Source: Octopus sinensis
Taxonomy: Eukaryota
Direction of reading: 5' to 3'
Length of the DNA stretch: 64,000 bases
Assembly (NCBI RefSeq): GCF_006345805.1
Contig: NC_042999.1
Span: 65,038,001 to 65,102,000, forward strand
The translations under genes were made by a program, and so were the position numbers. Under the pieces are notes generated by a model. That model saw nothing but the letters and a program-made list of their open reading frames with translations. It was not told the origin of the DNA and ran no database searches. Below are positions 52,222-64,000 of this stretch, piece by piece. How positions within the stretch are numbered: the stretch's first letter is position 1; every line of letters starts with the position of its first letter.

Positions 52222-52455
52222 TCTATTTCTTTACTACCCACAAGGGGCTAAACACAGAGGGGACAAACAAGGACAGGCAAACGGATTAAGTCGATTATAT
52301 CGACCCCGGTGCGTAACTGGTACTTATTTAATCGACCCGAAAAGATGAAAGGCAAAGTCAACCTCGGAGGAATTTGAACTCAGAACGTAGCGGCAGAAAA
52401 AATACCGCAAAGCATTTCGCCCGGCGTGCTAACGTTTCTGCCAGCTCTCCGCCTT
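52222..52455 (-). mobile_element. SINE family B
   Basis: Reverse-complement copy; diverged fragment at ~52905-53080. Confidence 0.85.
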
Positions 52456-53121
52456 AAACAATAACACATATCGTAAGGTATCTCATCCAACGCTGTTACC
52501 ACGCTGCCAATCGACTACCAAGCTTAGAGCTATACAATAAATATTGTTTTATAAAACGAGTTTAACATTGATTTATAGTTTATTTTTTCCCCGAGTATAT
52601 AGAGACATTTTTGTAAACAAAGAAATGGAATTTTTCTTGTAGAAATATGTATTTTTTTTTATCATTGAAATATGTTTTCATATTTTATTTTACTTAAAAT
52701 GAATAATTTTGGTAATATTTATATTTGTAGCTATTTTGAGTGATCAATATTTGCACAGCATGGCTATAATGATCCATAAAACCACATACGTCATCCAACA
52801 TGAATAATACAACTTCAAATTTTTGTGCCGTCAGTCCTTACCTTCAATCGTTCGTAAATCTGCTCAGGGTTTGGGGAATATCTTTTACAAACATTTCTCT
52901 TTACTATAGCCAGGAGGCCTGAAATTAGGGAAAAGGCTTGACGATTATATCCACCCCAGTGCTCAACTGTTACTTATTTTTATCGGCCTTAAGTCGATGT
53001 CGGCGGAATTTTAACTCAGAAATGGAGACAGAAGGAATGATACGAAGCCTTTTCTTCGGAGTGTTAACAATTTTACCCGCTCACCACCCTCTCTGGTAGA
53101 AAAGTATTAGACGTCTATAAG

Positions 53122-53535
53122 GTGGCGAGCTAGCAGAAACGTTAGCACGCCGGGCGAAATGCGTAGCTGTATTTCGTCTGCCGTTACGCTCTGAGTTCAA
53201 ATTCCGCCGAAGTTGACTGTGTCTTTCATCTTTCCGGGCTCGATTAAATAAGTACCAGTTACGCACTGGGGTCCTTATAATCGACTTAATCCGTTTGTCT
53301 GTCCTTGTTTGTCTTCTCTGTGTGTAGCTCCTTGTGGGTAATAAAGAAAGAGGTCTTTCGTCTGCCGCTACGTTCTGAGTTCAATTTCCGCCGAAAAGGC
53401 TTTGCCTTTCATCCTTTCGGGGTCGATTAAATAAGTACCAGTTACGCACTGGGGTCGATGTAATCGACTTAATCCGTTTGTCTGTCCTTGTTTGTCCTCT
53501 CTGTGCTTAGCCCCTTGTGGGCAATAAAGAAATAA
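53122..53535 (+). mobile_element. SINE family B, dimeric
   Basis: Full head plus head-truncated second unit. Confidence 0.85.
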
Positions 53536-55159
53536 GAAAAGTATTAGACGTCTATTGGCCATAAACACACCAATACAGTCGTTTAACATTGGTTATAATG
53601 TCTTGTGGTGTTTGTTCTAGTTTTCTGCGCACTGATTCCAAATCCTATTATACACAGATCAGCTTGACCTCTTATATCTACAGGTACTGGTGACTAAAGT
53701 ACTAACTAATGACCTAGCTGTTATGGTGTTGAATTAGCGATCGCAACATCGCGGTTTCGATTCCCGGACCATGAATCTTGAGCAAAATACTTCATTTCAC
53801 ATTGCGCCAGTGCACTCACCTGTAGATGAGTAACCCTGCAACTTAATGGCGTCTCGGTCAGGACGAGCGTTGTGGTCTTCGTCACTTACACGCAATAGAA
53901 AATGGGTAACGGGCTCTATGAATTCTAGGAGTTGTCTCAATGATGCCCAAGGCATAATGTTGATGATGGCGATGATGATGAATTGCAAGGGTCAATTAAT
54001 ATTTCATTCTTTTCTCTCAGAATTGACTAACGCGCACTTTGAGGGCGCCGTGGCAGACGACGAGTGTCTACGACGTCAGAAAGACAAAGAGGCCCTACTG
54101 ACATAATTAAGTATTTTCAGACATTTCGGAAGAGGAAACCAAATTGCACAAAAAAAAAACGAACAAGTAGATGTTGCAGCACCAGTTTGTTCAGACATAA
54201 CCAATATTGGAATTTATTTTTGTTCTTTGATAACAATTCTTTGTTTCCCTAACAATATATATTGACTATTTTATTTTATTTACTTGTGTCATTAGTTAGG
54301 TTTGTGACAAGTTTAATCATATTAACACAAAAATCCATAAAAGAAGAGAAATATGCAAACATCTATTTCCATACTTTGAAGTAAAACGTCGATCTTGTAT
54401 AGCTTAGAAGGGAAAGTGCTTCAGGCAAGCATTAAACAAGTATAAACACATAAGACAGCTTCACTCACTTGCTCAGACCATGAGAGAAAGATCAATACAT
54501 TTGATTATTCACGAATTGTGAATAATCAAAGAGGCATTATTATAGAAAATTTTCCCGTTACACGTGCACAATGTTTTCCACCCAGAACCCAACAGAAATG
54601 AATGAAGACCAAACCGAAATGCACATGTACACATACACACGTACACAAATTAGTGAGATTGCAGTAGAAATTTCTGTTATAGAGAAGCATACCAATTGAG
54701 GAAAGATTGATTAGAGTAACAGTCGGTAGAAATCCTACAAAATCGATGTTATCAGTGAGCGATCAAATTACTCCAATATTTTTGGAAGTAGCAGCTCAAC
54801 AACAAACAACCAACTGAGATGAAGAGATGAGATAAGGAGACACTCTAATTGAATACCCTTTTCTCAAATAGCAACGACAGAATACAGCAAAACATCGGAC
54901 ATATTGAAAGAATCAGGAACGACAAAGTGAATGATAAATTCCTAAATTGCAGCACCTTCTACCACTTTTTGATACAATTTCTAAAATTCTAATAGTGACC
55001 GGAATATTTTAATGATGAGAAATCATTTGGTCAGTTTCTTATATAAGTGTGTAGGTACATCTGCTTTATACTTAGCACATAAATGAAATGAATATACGCA
55101 TATTTAATTAATGCGAACACGTAAAGCAAATCTAAAGTCATGCGGTAATAACTAATTTA

Positions 55160-55575
55160 TCTTTTACTTGCTTCACTCTTTGAGCTGGGCCCATGCTGGG
55201 ATACCGTTTTGAAGGATATAGGCCAACGAATCGTCTTCGATACTAAAATTCTTTAAAGTATAATACTTATTCTAGCGGTCTGTTTTGCTAAACAACTGAA
55301 TTAAAGGGGCGTAAACAAACCGACAGCGGTTATCAAATGATGGTAGTCGTGGTGGGGAGTAAATATTATCATCAAGATAGACAACACACACAACCACATA
55401 TTTACAAATGCTCGATGGGTTTTTACACTGTTTCCGTCTACCATATTTATTCGCAAGGCGTTGGTCGCCCCCACGGCTATAGAAGGCAATTGCTCAAGTT
55501 ATTGTGCAGAGGGACCGAACTCGATGTGACATGGTTTGCAACGCTACCTTCTTAGCCACACAATCATGCGTGCAC
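55160..55575 (-). mobile_element. SINE family A, old diverged copy
   Basis: Tail, body and head recognisable; similar old copies at ~59135-59515. Confidence 0.65.
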
Positions 55576-55869
55576 CTACTTTCAGCAAGCACCTTTACCA
55601 CAAGAAGAAAAATGCTCAACATAAAAAATTTGGCCTACACTCACAGCTAAAAGTTTAAAGGAACATTGCCTTGGAAGAAATCTGAGGGTTACATGCTATT
55701 TCAGGAACTGTAAACTCTATTTGGTGGTTTGGAACAATCTATTGCAAAGGAATTAGAGGCCATGACCGAAATTCTACACTGCCTCAATACTACACGTAGT
55801 TAAGATTAAGAAAAATAGCACAGAGAATTATTTACTTATATCATTATGCCATACTCTAAGGGGGGTAGG

Positions 55870-56450
55870 GGTGAGTTGGCAGAAACGTTAGCATGCCGGG
55901 CGAAATGCGTAGCCGCATTTCGTCTGCCGTTACGTTCTGAGTTCAAATTCCGCCGAGGTCGACTTTGTCTTTCATCCTTTCGGGGTCGTAAGTACCAGTT
56001 ACGCACTGGGGTCGATATAATCGACTTAATCCGTTTGTCTATCTTTGTTTGTCCCCTCTATGTTTAGCCCCTTGTGGGCAATAAAGAAATAAGAAACGTT
56101 AACACGCTAGGCAAAATGCTTAGCGGTATTTCATCCGTCTTTACGTTCTCAGCTCAAATGTCGCCCTGGTCGACTTTGCCCTTGAGTCTTTTAAGGCAGC
56201 GAGCTGGCAGAAACGTTAGCACGCCGGGCGAGATGTCCTTGTTTGTCCTCTCTGTGTTTAGCCCATGGTGGGTAGTAAAGAAATAGGTATTTCGCCTGTC
56301 TTTACCTTCTGAATTTCGGGGTCGATAAATTGAGTACCAGTTGCGTACTGGGGTCGATAAATTGAGTACCAGTTGCGTACTGGGTCGATCTAATCGACTG
56401 GCCCTTCGCCACCAAATTTCAGGCCTTGCGCCTATAGTAGAATGGATTAT
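55870..56450 (+). mobile_element. Rearranged SINE family B cluster
   Basis: Several heads and domains; ~33-bp internal tandem duplication at ~56318-56385. Confidence 0.8.
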
Positions 56451-58149
56451 ACCATAGTGTTTATAGAGTCATTAGATGTGTTTCTCTAGAACATCTGAAT
56501 AACAAAACAAAAAAAGCAACGGAAAGCAAGCTTAAGAAAAAAACGATGGATTCTACAATTGTAGAAAACAAATTCTTATTAAAATAAAAAAAGATACGTC
56601 TTAAAATAGCGAAGCCTTAGCAATTAAAAGTAGGAAATGTATGGCTTGACTGTAAAGATATTTGAATTATATTAGAATTACATTTGAGCGGTGGTATGAA
56701 AACACTAATGAAAATGTGTTCAAACACATGTGTGAATTAATAACAGTTGAATCGACTTTAATAATCTGTTATATAGCTTTTCAAGTTATTAAAAATATCA
56801 TGCTAAGTTGACAACTTCTCTGTTCTAATATACCTTTTTCCAGCACTGAATAACTTGTCAATCAGGTAGCGAAAAATCTAATACTTCTAAATCAGCTGAA
56901 GTTATTTGACTCAATGGAGTACACAAGTCTTGTATGGCAAATAGCTGTATTTTGGTGAATGTGTATTGCACCAAGAATGAATATAACTATCAGCAGCATT
57001 CTCGCAAGACGGATAGTTTATTATGTCTCATCGTACCCGAGTCTTGACAGAGTAAATTTATGATTGAAAATGTTGCGATCGCCACCATTTAGTTTTAATT
57101 TTTGTGTGTGTATCTTGGATTTCATTATCGAATATATCATTTCTGTTGTTAGGTGGTGAGTTTTTGATTTGATGGTTTGGTATAGATTTAGCAGATCGGT
57201 TAGCCTCTTAGAGGCCAATCTTTCTTTACTGGCTCGTAAGCAATGTGTTCATATCTAGTACTTAATCGAGATAAGAGTATTACTCATTGACATCGACAGC
57301 CTATCACATTTCCCTGAACAATATGACAACGACGGCGAGATAGCACGCCGGGAGAAATGCTTAGCGATATTTCGTCTGTCTTGATGTTCTGAATTCAAAT
57401 TCCGCCGAGGTCGACTTTGCCTCTTATCCTTTCGGGGTCAATAAATTAAGTACCAGTTGCGTTTCTCTGTAAGGTGGTTAGGTTTGATTTGATGATTTGG
57501 CATAGTTTTCGCAGATCGGTTCACCTTTTAGAGGCCATTCTTTCCACCGCACAATACCTCCTTCCTCGGCCTACGAAAGCTGCCGCCTACATCAGGGCTC
57601 CCAAACAGTCCTCCATGTCCTCCGACAGGACTTCAATTCCACTGGCGGTGACCGTCCGCGTGCACACCACCGTGCCATCACTCCCACCCTTGACCGTTTC
57701 TTATAGAAGCACCATCTTTATTGCATCTCCCTCCCTTCGCACAAACTGTTTACCTCATATTACCTCTTCCGTATTCATTGACATCCGTTTCGCTTCCAAC
57801 GGCGCAGCTGCTCCAACTGCAGCGGCCCCTGCACAGCCGTCCATAATGAAAAATCAACACTTCGGCCTCACAATGACAAAACAGCAAAAAACAATTATGC
57901 GCGAGTCGCTCAACAATAATTTCCCAAAATCAATTTCAACAACAGACAGTCTCAAAATGAAAGCGCTCAACCTGCAACAAAAATCCAAAATCGTGGTCAA
58001 AAATGATGAAACTCAAACAGACAAGTTGCTACTCGGCGACAGCAACATCCCCTCAACGATTAGGCAGAGATGATTTTTAAAATGAGAATATCTGAAATAA
58101 ACTGGACTGCTCTCACAAATCAGAATACTAAAAATGAACCCGACCGCTC

Positions 58150-58376
58150 TCAAAGATTAATTAAAAAAAAAACAGGAAAAATAACACAGAATCCTTGCCC
58201 GATACCGGATCTATCCCACAATCTCATCAGTTTGTGCCAGATACGAGGCCTAACATTTCTGAAAGTTTCATCCAAATCCACCCAGCGGTTCTTGAGATAT
58301 CTTGTCCACGGTCAAACAAGCAAACAAACGCGACTGAAAACAATACTTCTGCCTTAGCGAAGGCGGAGGTATTAAA
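58150..58376 (+). mobile_element. Probable non-autonomous Helentron-type (HINE/DINE-like) 3' end
   Basis: AAAGTTTCATCCAAATCC...CAAACAAGCAAACAAAC...AACAATA then terminal hairpin CTTCTGCCTT-AGCG-AAGGCGGAGG-TA. Confidence 0.5.
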
Positions 58377-60132
58377 TCGGAAATCGTCGCTTCTACTATT
58401 TTATATATATATTTTTTGTTCTCCAATTATTTTTTCTCACAAATAGGTCCAGGCACGTAGATATACACAAACACACACGCATGCATAAAAATTCATACAC
58501 ATGCACTTACACATTTATTTTTATTTCTTTCCTTCAATATTACATTTTTTTGTATATTTTATTATGAGATCGTAATTTCTTATTGCATCACTGGTTATCA
58601 AACCCATCCGACTTTAGTATATTCCACTGCAAATCAAACGAGAATAGGGAATGTGAGATATTGGTTATTTAAAGCTAATAAATTATGGTGATAGCCTTTT
58701 TTATATCACCCACAAGACAATACAAACCATATATTCTCAAGTGAATCGTCAGTGAAATGCCAAGGAATATACTTTACAGACTAAAACCTATTTTACTTCG
58801 AATCATTTCTGGTCGTAATTTCGCTTTCTATATTACTTTAACTGCAGATTTTAGAATTTCCGAATTGCTAAATTTTCTATTATGTCACAGAAGATCAGAA
58901 TTATGTGAGCAGTCAGTAGTCATTTTGGTTCCCAACGACCTTGTTAGAAGGAAATACGTTCTTAATATTTTTCTCTTCTTTTCACTGTCGTTGTTGCTAT
59001 GATAACTTTTGAACATATAACGGTTGCAATTGAAGCACAATCATATAAGTATTGAGAATATCTTACTATATAAATGTTACTACAATATCTATGACTATTA
59101 GCATTTATGTCAATTTACTATAGATTATATTGGTGCAGGCATAGCTGTGTGGTATGTAGCTTTTTCGCAATTATACTGCAGAACATCTTGAGCCAGGCTG
59201 ACCAAAAGACTTGTGAGTGGAGTTCGGAGACTGGAAACTAAAAATGTATGTTATATATGTGTGTGTATGTGTTTGTGTGGCCACTGCCTGACAACCGGTG
59301 TTAGTTCATGTAACTTAATGGTTCGGCAAACAAAACCGGCAAGATAAGTACCAGAGTTAAAAATAAATACTGTTTGATTAAACCTCTTAAAGGTAGTGCT
59401 CCACCATTGCCGCAGTCCAGTGTATATAAAAATTACACATAAGTTAAAAAAGCTTGTTTCGCAATCACAAGATTCTGGTCTCAATCACATTGCTGATATT
59501 TTGGGAAAGTATCTCTTACTATATCCCGAACTATAGTATCTTTTACTAATTTCATTTACGAGGCTCAAGCCTCGTAAATCAAATTAAGAAGATTGAAACT
59601 ATGTGGTAATCCGTCTCATTCATTATGCTAGTATGTTATGATGCTCAGCCTTGTCGCATACTATGTTCCACTAATTCTACTACAGAACTGCCATAGGATG
59701 ACGTAAGTCGGTGAAATACGCAAGCGCTTCTGCTGTAATTCATTGAGCATGTACTTTAGTCTATCGAATAACTGAACACTTATTATTGAAACGGTAGGCA
59801 ATTTATTATTCTTGTATGGCTCCAGTTCAGCTGTGATGCAACAGATCGGTGAACAAATACGTTCACCCATTCCTTTTTCGTCTCATTCTTCATAACAATC
59901 CGCCGACAATCTCGTTATTCTATGGCCTTAGCACCACAAGCGTACGTGTAGGGAATTCGTGGTTTAATAAATAATTAATTATCAAGGCCCTTGTTCGGCT
60001 CTGATCGAAAGTATTCCACCCATTCCTCTCCTGTATTTTTGTATAGCTTTGCCTGCTATTTCTTGCTCATCCGGCTACTGTGTAGTTACTTATTCATTGT
60101 TTTGCACATGGCCTTATGATTATATATATATA

Positions 60133-62165
60133 ATCAGGTTGTGTAAAAAGTAAACGACGTTTTCAACCATGAAGAATATTTGTACTGGATTATTGTACAG
60201 GTTTGAATATTTTAAAAACATTTTTTTCAAAAATTGTTTGATAATACACACATAGACTTGCCGAAACGCATCAATAAATTTGATATTTTTTCACCGTTGT
60301 TACAATCATCTGTGACTGAGTTGATCGTGAATTTTGTTAGTGTGAAAGGTTAGTCAAAGTTGTATTTGTTATTAATTGTGTCTTAAGACAATTGTTCTTG
60401 CTGCCTTACGACAGTTTTGCTAACGTTGCCCCCTCGTTTGTAGAGAGAAGCGCTGTTAAAACAGAGAGAATTAGCTATTCAGATTTATCGTCGTCTGAGG
60501 AGGCGCTGGTGAGATGTCTAGACGAAATAGATAGAGAGACGGAAAGCGGGAGTTTCGTAGAGGCGGTGAGACGGTAGTCTGAAGATGTGTGTTTGGAAGG
60601 AATTGAAAAATTCCAAGAAATGATGAACAGGGAGACGAACAATGTCAAAGTATCCCCTCCCAGGGAAACTACCGAAAGGACAGCTAAAAGGAAGGTCTTG
60701 TATAGAAAATAGAACGTAAGACTGCATCGGGTATAGGTGGCTACGAGAGCTGAAGTGGAAAGGGCTCAGCAGCCCATTTAGAAAGAGGTGGATCACCTAG
60801 CTAGAAGGAGACAGTTCGCAACGGTGGAAGTGCGTTTTGCGTTCAACGCTGTGGCCAGGCAGCATGGCGTTGCTCAAGACGGAAGAGGTGGTCCTTCTAC
60901 TCATTTATCTGGGAAGACGTGCTTTTCGGGTAAGGATAGATGAGACCCTCCCGAGGTGGATGTTGCGATTATCTTTCGGGCTTGTAGTACTGCTGATGTC
61001 TTTGTGGTCGGTGGAGAACACTCCGCTCTTATGTGGTCTTTCTGGCCACATTATAACATCGGGGCTTCCTTCCCTCCACTAACTTTTAATATCACCTCCT
61101 CGCCCACTGTTATGGTGTCGACCATACTTTCAAGGTCCTCCGGGTCAGCCTGGATGATTATCCCCAGGGTCTGCTCTTGCCAAGTCTTCGGCAAGTTACT
61201 TGGAGGACCTCTATATGAATAGTTGAACAAGTAGAAGGAAAATGTCCTGTGAGTGGTCAGCTCGAAAATGGTTTAAACGATTTCGCAGTGGAGATCTGAG
61301 TCTTGAAGATCATGAGCGTAGTGGACGCCTATCTGCCATCGATGACAGTCAGAGACTGTCATTGAGAAAGATCTGCGTAAACCCACTTGAGAAGTGGTAA
61401 AATAACTTCAAGTTAGCCAGAAAACTACCTGCAGCCATTTGAATGTGATTGGAAAATCAAAAAAGCTCAACAAATGTGTACCTCACGATTTGAATGAAAA
61501 TTAGAAAATGCGAAGACATGAAATTTGCTCCTCGCTTCTTTTTCGTAATCAGACCTTTCCATTTCTCGACCGTATTGTAACTTGCGATGGTAACTGGATT
61601 ATGTACAATAATAAAAAAACGTTCTTCGCATTGGTTGAGCCAAAATGAAGCACCGAAAACTTTTCCTAAACCCGAGATTTTCCAAAAGAAGGTTATGGTA
61701 ACTGTGTGTGGGTGTTCTGTTGGACTCATCCAATATAACGTGTTAAAACCCATAAAAACCATTCCTGCAGAAACATATGGCCATACAATTGCCAAAATGA
61801 ACGAAAAACTGTTACCCACCCCCGTACCAGACTGGTCGACAGAAGAGGGCCAGTCATTCCTCATGACAATGCTCGACCACATGTTTCACTACTGACGCTC
61901 AAGCAGTTGAGGAAACTTGCCTACGAAGTTCTTCCTCACCCTGTTTATTTCCCAGACTTTTCTCCTCCCAACTATTATTTTTTCAAGCACTTTGAGAGTT
62001 TTCTACGAGAAAAGGAGTTAGAAAACCAAACCGATGCTGAAAGTGCGTTCAGAGAGATCATCAGCTACCGAATTCCGGATTTTTATGTTACCAGAATAAA
62101 CAAACTTGTAACTCGTTGGCAAAAATGTTTTGATTGCAATGGTATTTACTTTGATGAATAAAATT
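60133..62165 (+). mobile_element. Hsmar1/cecropia-like mariner fossil, probably interrupted by a LINE ORF1 fragment
   Basis: TIR-like ATCAGGTTGTGTAAAAAGTAAACGACGTTTT at 60133; coding remnants 61235-62161 ARKWFKRFRSGD, VPHDL, IVTCDGNWIMYNN, HDNARPH, PDFSPPNYYFF; right TIR not found. Confidence 0.75.
60400..61225. pseudogene. L1/Tx1-like ORF1 fragment with internal inversion
   Basis: Plus strand LKTEEVVLLLIYLGRRAFRVRI to ~60985; minus strand 61225 to 60990 KTWQEQTLGIIIQAD...EGRKPRCY*CGQKDHIRAEC. Confidence 0.65.
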
Positions 62166-62923
62166 CCTCATTGTTGAAATATATTGTGATGAATTTCATA
62201 GCCGCAGTTTAATGACTGGAATCAGTAAAAGATAAAAGATTCTTCGTGACACCTGGAAAAAATACTCGATATTCAATTTCTTGATGAAAAATACTGTTTA
62301 AAGCCCACCAACTTATCAAATATTTATACATTCCTAGAGGATTTCGCAGAGACGATTTTTCTAATCTTGAACAATAGCAGTCACAAGAATACATTGTCAA
62401 ATTCAGAAAAATATCTTTACAATCTATTTAAAGAAATCAAATGAAAATTTACGGTTGAATCTACACATAGAAACCAAATGTAAATACATCAAGAAATAAG
62501 TAAATATGTCTTCTTGAACGTCAATATTATCAACTGTGTTGGTGGCATATTTAACCTCAGCAATTCCCAGTTCTCGTTCAACGAATTACTTCTCTACATA
62601 CACTCACATTCCAACACCGCCACAATGTGTTAAACAGGTTAGAAACATATCTCTTTTCAACTTTCTCGCTATTCTTTCTGCAAATCAACTTTCAAAAATA
62701 CTTAATAATAAGACAACATTACACTGCAAAAAGTAAATTTTCTGGAACTATACAATAGCCAACACATTATATATCATAACAACACAAAGGCAGAAACAAA
62801 ACATTATCTCGTTCTAACGAGACTAAGAATCTTGACACATTCCTAGTGAAATGCATTTCGTTACAGCCCTTTGTCGAAGAAAGGTTGATATGTTAGGAGG
62901 AGGGTACTATAGTAATTATAAAT

Positions 62924-63135
62924 CGAGCTGGCAGAACCGTTAGCACGCCGGGCGAAATGCGTAGCCGAATTTCGTCTGCCGTTACGTTCTGAGTTCAAAT
63001 TCCGCCGAGGTCGACTTTGCCATTCATCCTTTCGGGGTCAGTTAAATTAAGTACCAGTTACGCACTGGTGTCAGTGTAATCGACTTAATCCGTTTGTCCT
63101 TGTTTGTCCCCTCTATGTTTAGCCCCTTGTGGGTA
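62924..63135 (+). mobile_element. SINE family B
   Basis: Full head and domain; another copy on the minus strand from ~63875 to the window end. Confidence 0.85.
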
Positions 63136-63470
63136 ATATTACTGAACCCCAGTACTGAGAATATTGAGCATTGAGTACAGTAACGCTTACTAAAATAAAA
63201 CAAACACCCTATTCATATACATATATGTGGCAGTTCAGGAAGTAATTTTGTCGCAAGCAACAGAACTCTACCACTGAGGTAGTTGGCCCCTGAAACAGGA
63301 CAATGCATCATTCTATACATATTTGTCGAAAGTTCATAATTCACCGTGTCGAAATGAATTAGAAACTTAAACATTGACAGAATAAAGAAACTCTTGTAAA
63401 TGTATTGGGTAACTTATCCCCAGTATGTACATCGGCACACACAATTCATGCATACATATAGAGAGAGAGG

Positions 63471-63715
63471 TGGAGGCGCGTGGCTTAGTGGTTAGGGTGT
63501 TGAACTCATGATCGTAAGGTTGTGGTTTCGATTCCTGGACCGGGCGATGCGTTGTGTTCTTGAGCAAAACACTTAATTTTCACGTTGCTCCAGTCCACTC
63601 AGCTGGCAAAAATGAGTATTTCTGCGACGGACCGGCGTCCCGTCCAGGTGGGGAATTTCAAAGCCACTGAAACCGGGAAACCGGCCCTTATGAGCCTGAC
63701 ATGGCTCGAGAAGGA
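63471..63715 (+). mobile_element. SINE family C with RTE-like tail
   Basis: GGAGGCGCGTGGCTTAGTGGTTAGGG...TGTGTTCTTGAGCAAAACACTT...GGCCCTTATGAGCCTGACATGGCTCGAGAAGG; fragments also at ~53730-53870 and ~28610-28700. Confidence 0.8.
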
Positions 63716-64000
63716 GCGAATAGAGAGAGAGACGCACATATATATATATATGTAGGTGAGCATACCAGAAGATACACATTGAACAACACTAAAACACAAT
63801 CACAATTAAAATCACGTGAACAGTCTCGTATCTCGCTCTTTTATTTATACTTGATATATATTTCTTTATTGCTCACGGGGGGCTAAACATAGAGGGGAGA
63901 AACAAGGACAGAAAGAGGGATTAAGTCGATTACATCGACCCCAGTGCGTAACTGGTACTTATTTAATCGACCCCGAAAGAATGATAGTCAAAGTCGACCT

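Noticed and set aside
57474-58073. 199-aa ORF, the longest non-microsatellite ORF
   Set aside because: Non-ATG start, begins within a duplicated segment, low-complexity S/T/P composition, no domain
59554-59579. 11-bp hairpin ATTTACGAGGC/GCCTCGTAAAT as a terminator
   Set aside because: Intrinsic terminators are not relevant in this eukaryotic context, and an isolated short hairpin is expected by chance
61907-62161. Third catalytic Asp replaced by Asn (SPPNY), as in domesticated SETMAR
   Set aside because: CCC-GAC to CCC-AAC is a simple CpG transition and the surrounding ORF has stops and frameshifts, so decay is sufficient

Overview
AT-rich eukaryotic genomic DNA with no intact protein-coding gene. 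The SINE families and microsatellite density point to an octopus (cephalopod) genome; this is inferred from recalled repeat families, not a database search. The window is a mosaic of three tRNA-derived SINE families (CORE-type, Nin/Deu-domain-type, V/Meta-like with an RTE-like tail), microsatellites, and fossils of mariner, Tc1, maT, pogo, Merlin, Helentron-like, CR1-like, RTE, R4/Dong and L1/Tx1-like elements. Nearly all ORFs in the supplied track are microsatellite or repeat artefacts. The main discovery is a hammerhead-ribozyme (HHR) retroelement system. At 26801-27999 a near-identical 352/353-bp unit occurs about 3.3 times (one inverted copy plus about 2.3 tandem copies) inside (TA)n. Each full unit carries an intact type I hammerhead with a palindromic minimal stem III, the hallmark of a non-LTR retrozyme / Penelope pseudo-LTR predicted to yield a ~352-nt circular RNA. 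Three more HHR-bearing repeat types occur at 1.9, 12.4, 26.0, 28.5 and 47.1 kb (cores intact at 12.4 and 47.1 kb, degenerate elsewhere), most beside (TA)n. Other oddities: a 102-bp-arm fold-back hairpin, a mariner built from two left ends, a candidate recursive splice site, a 798-bp tandem duplication and an internally inverted LINE ORF1 nested in a mariner. Repeat boundaries were read by eye and are approximate.
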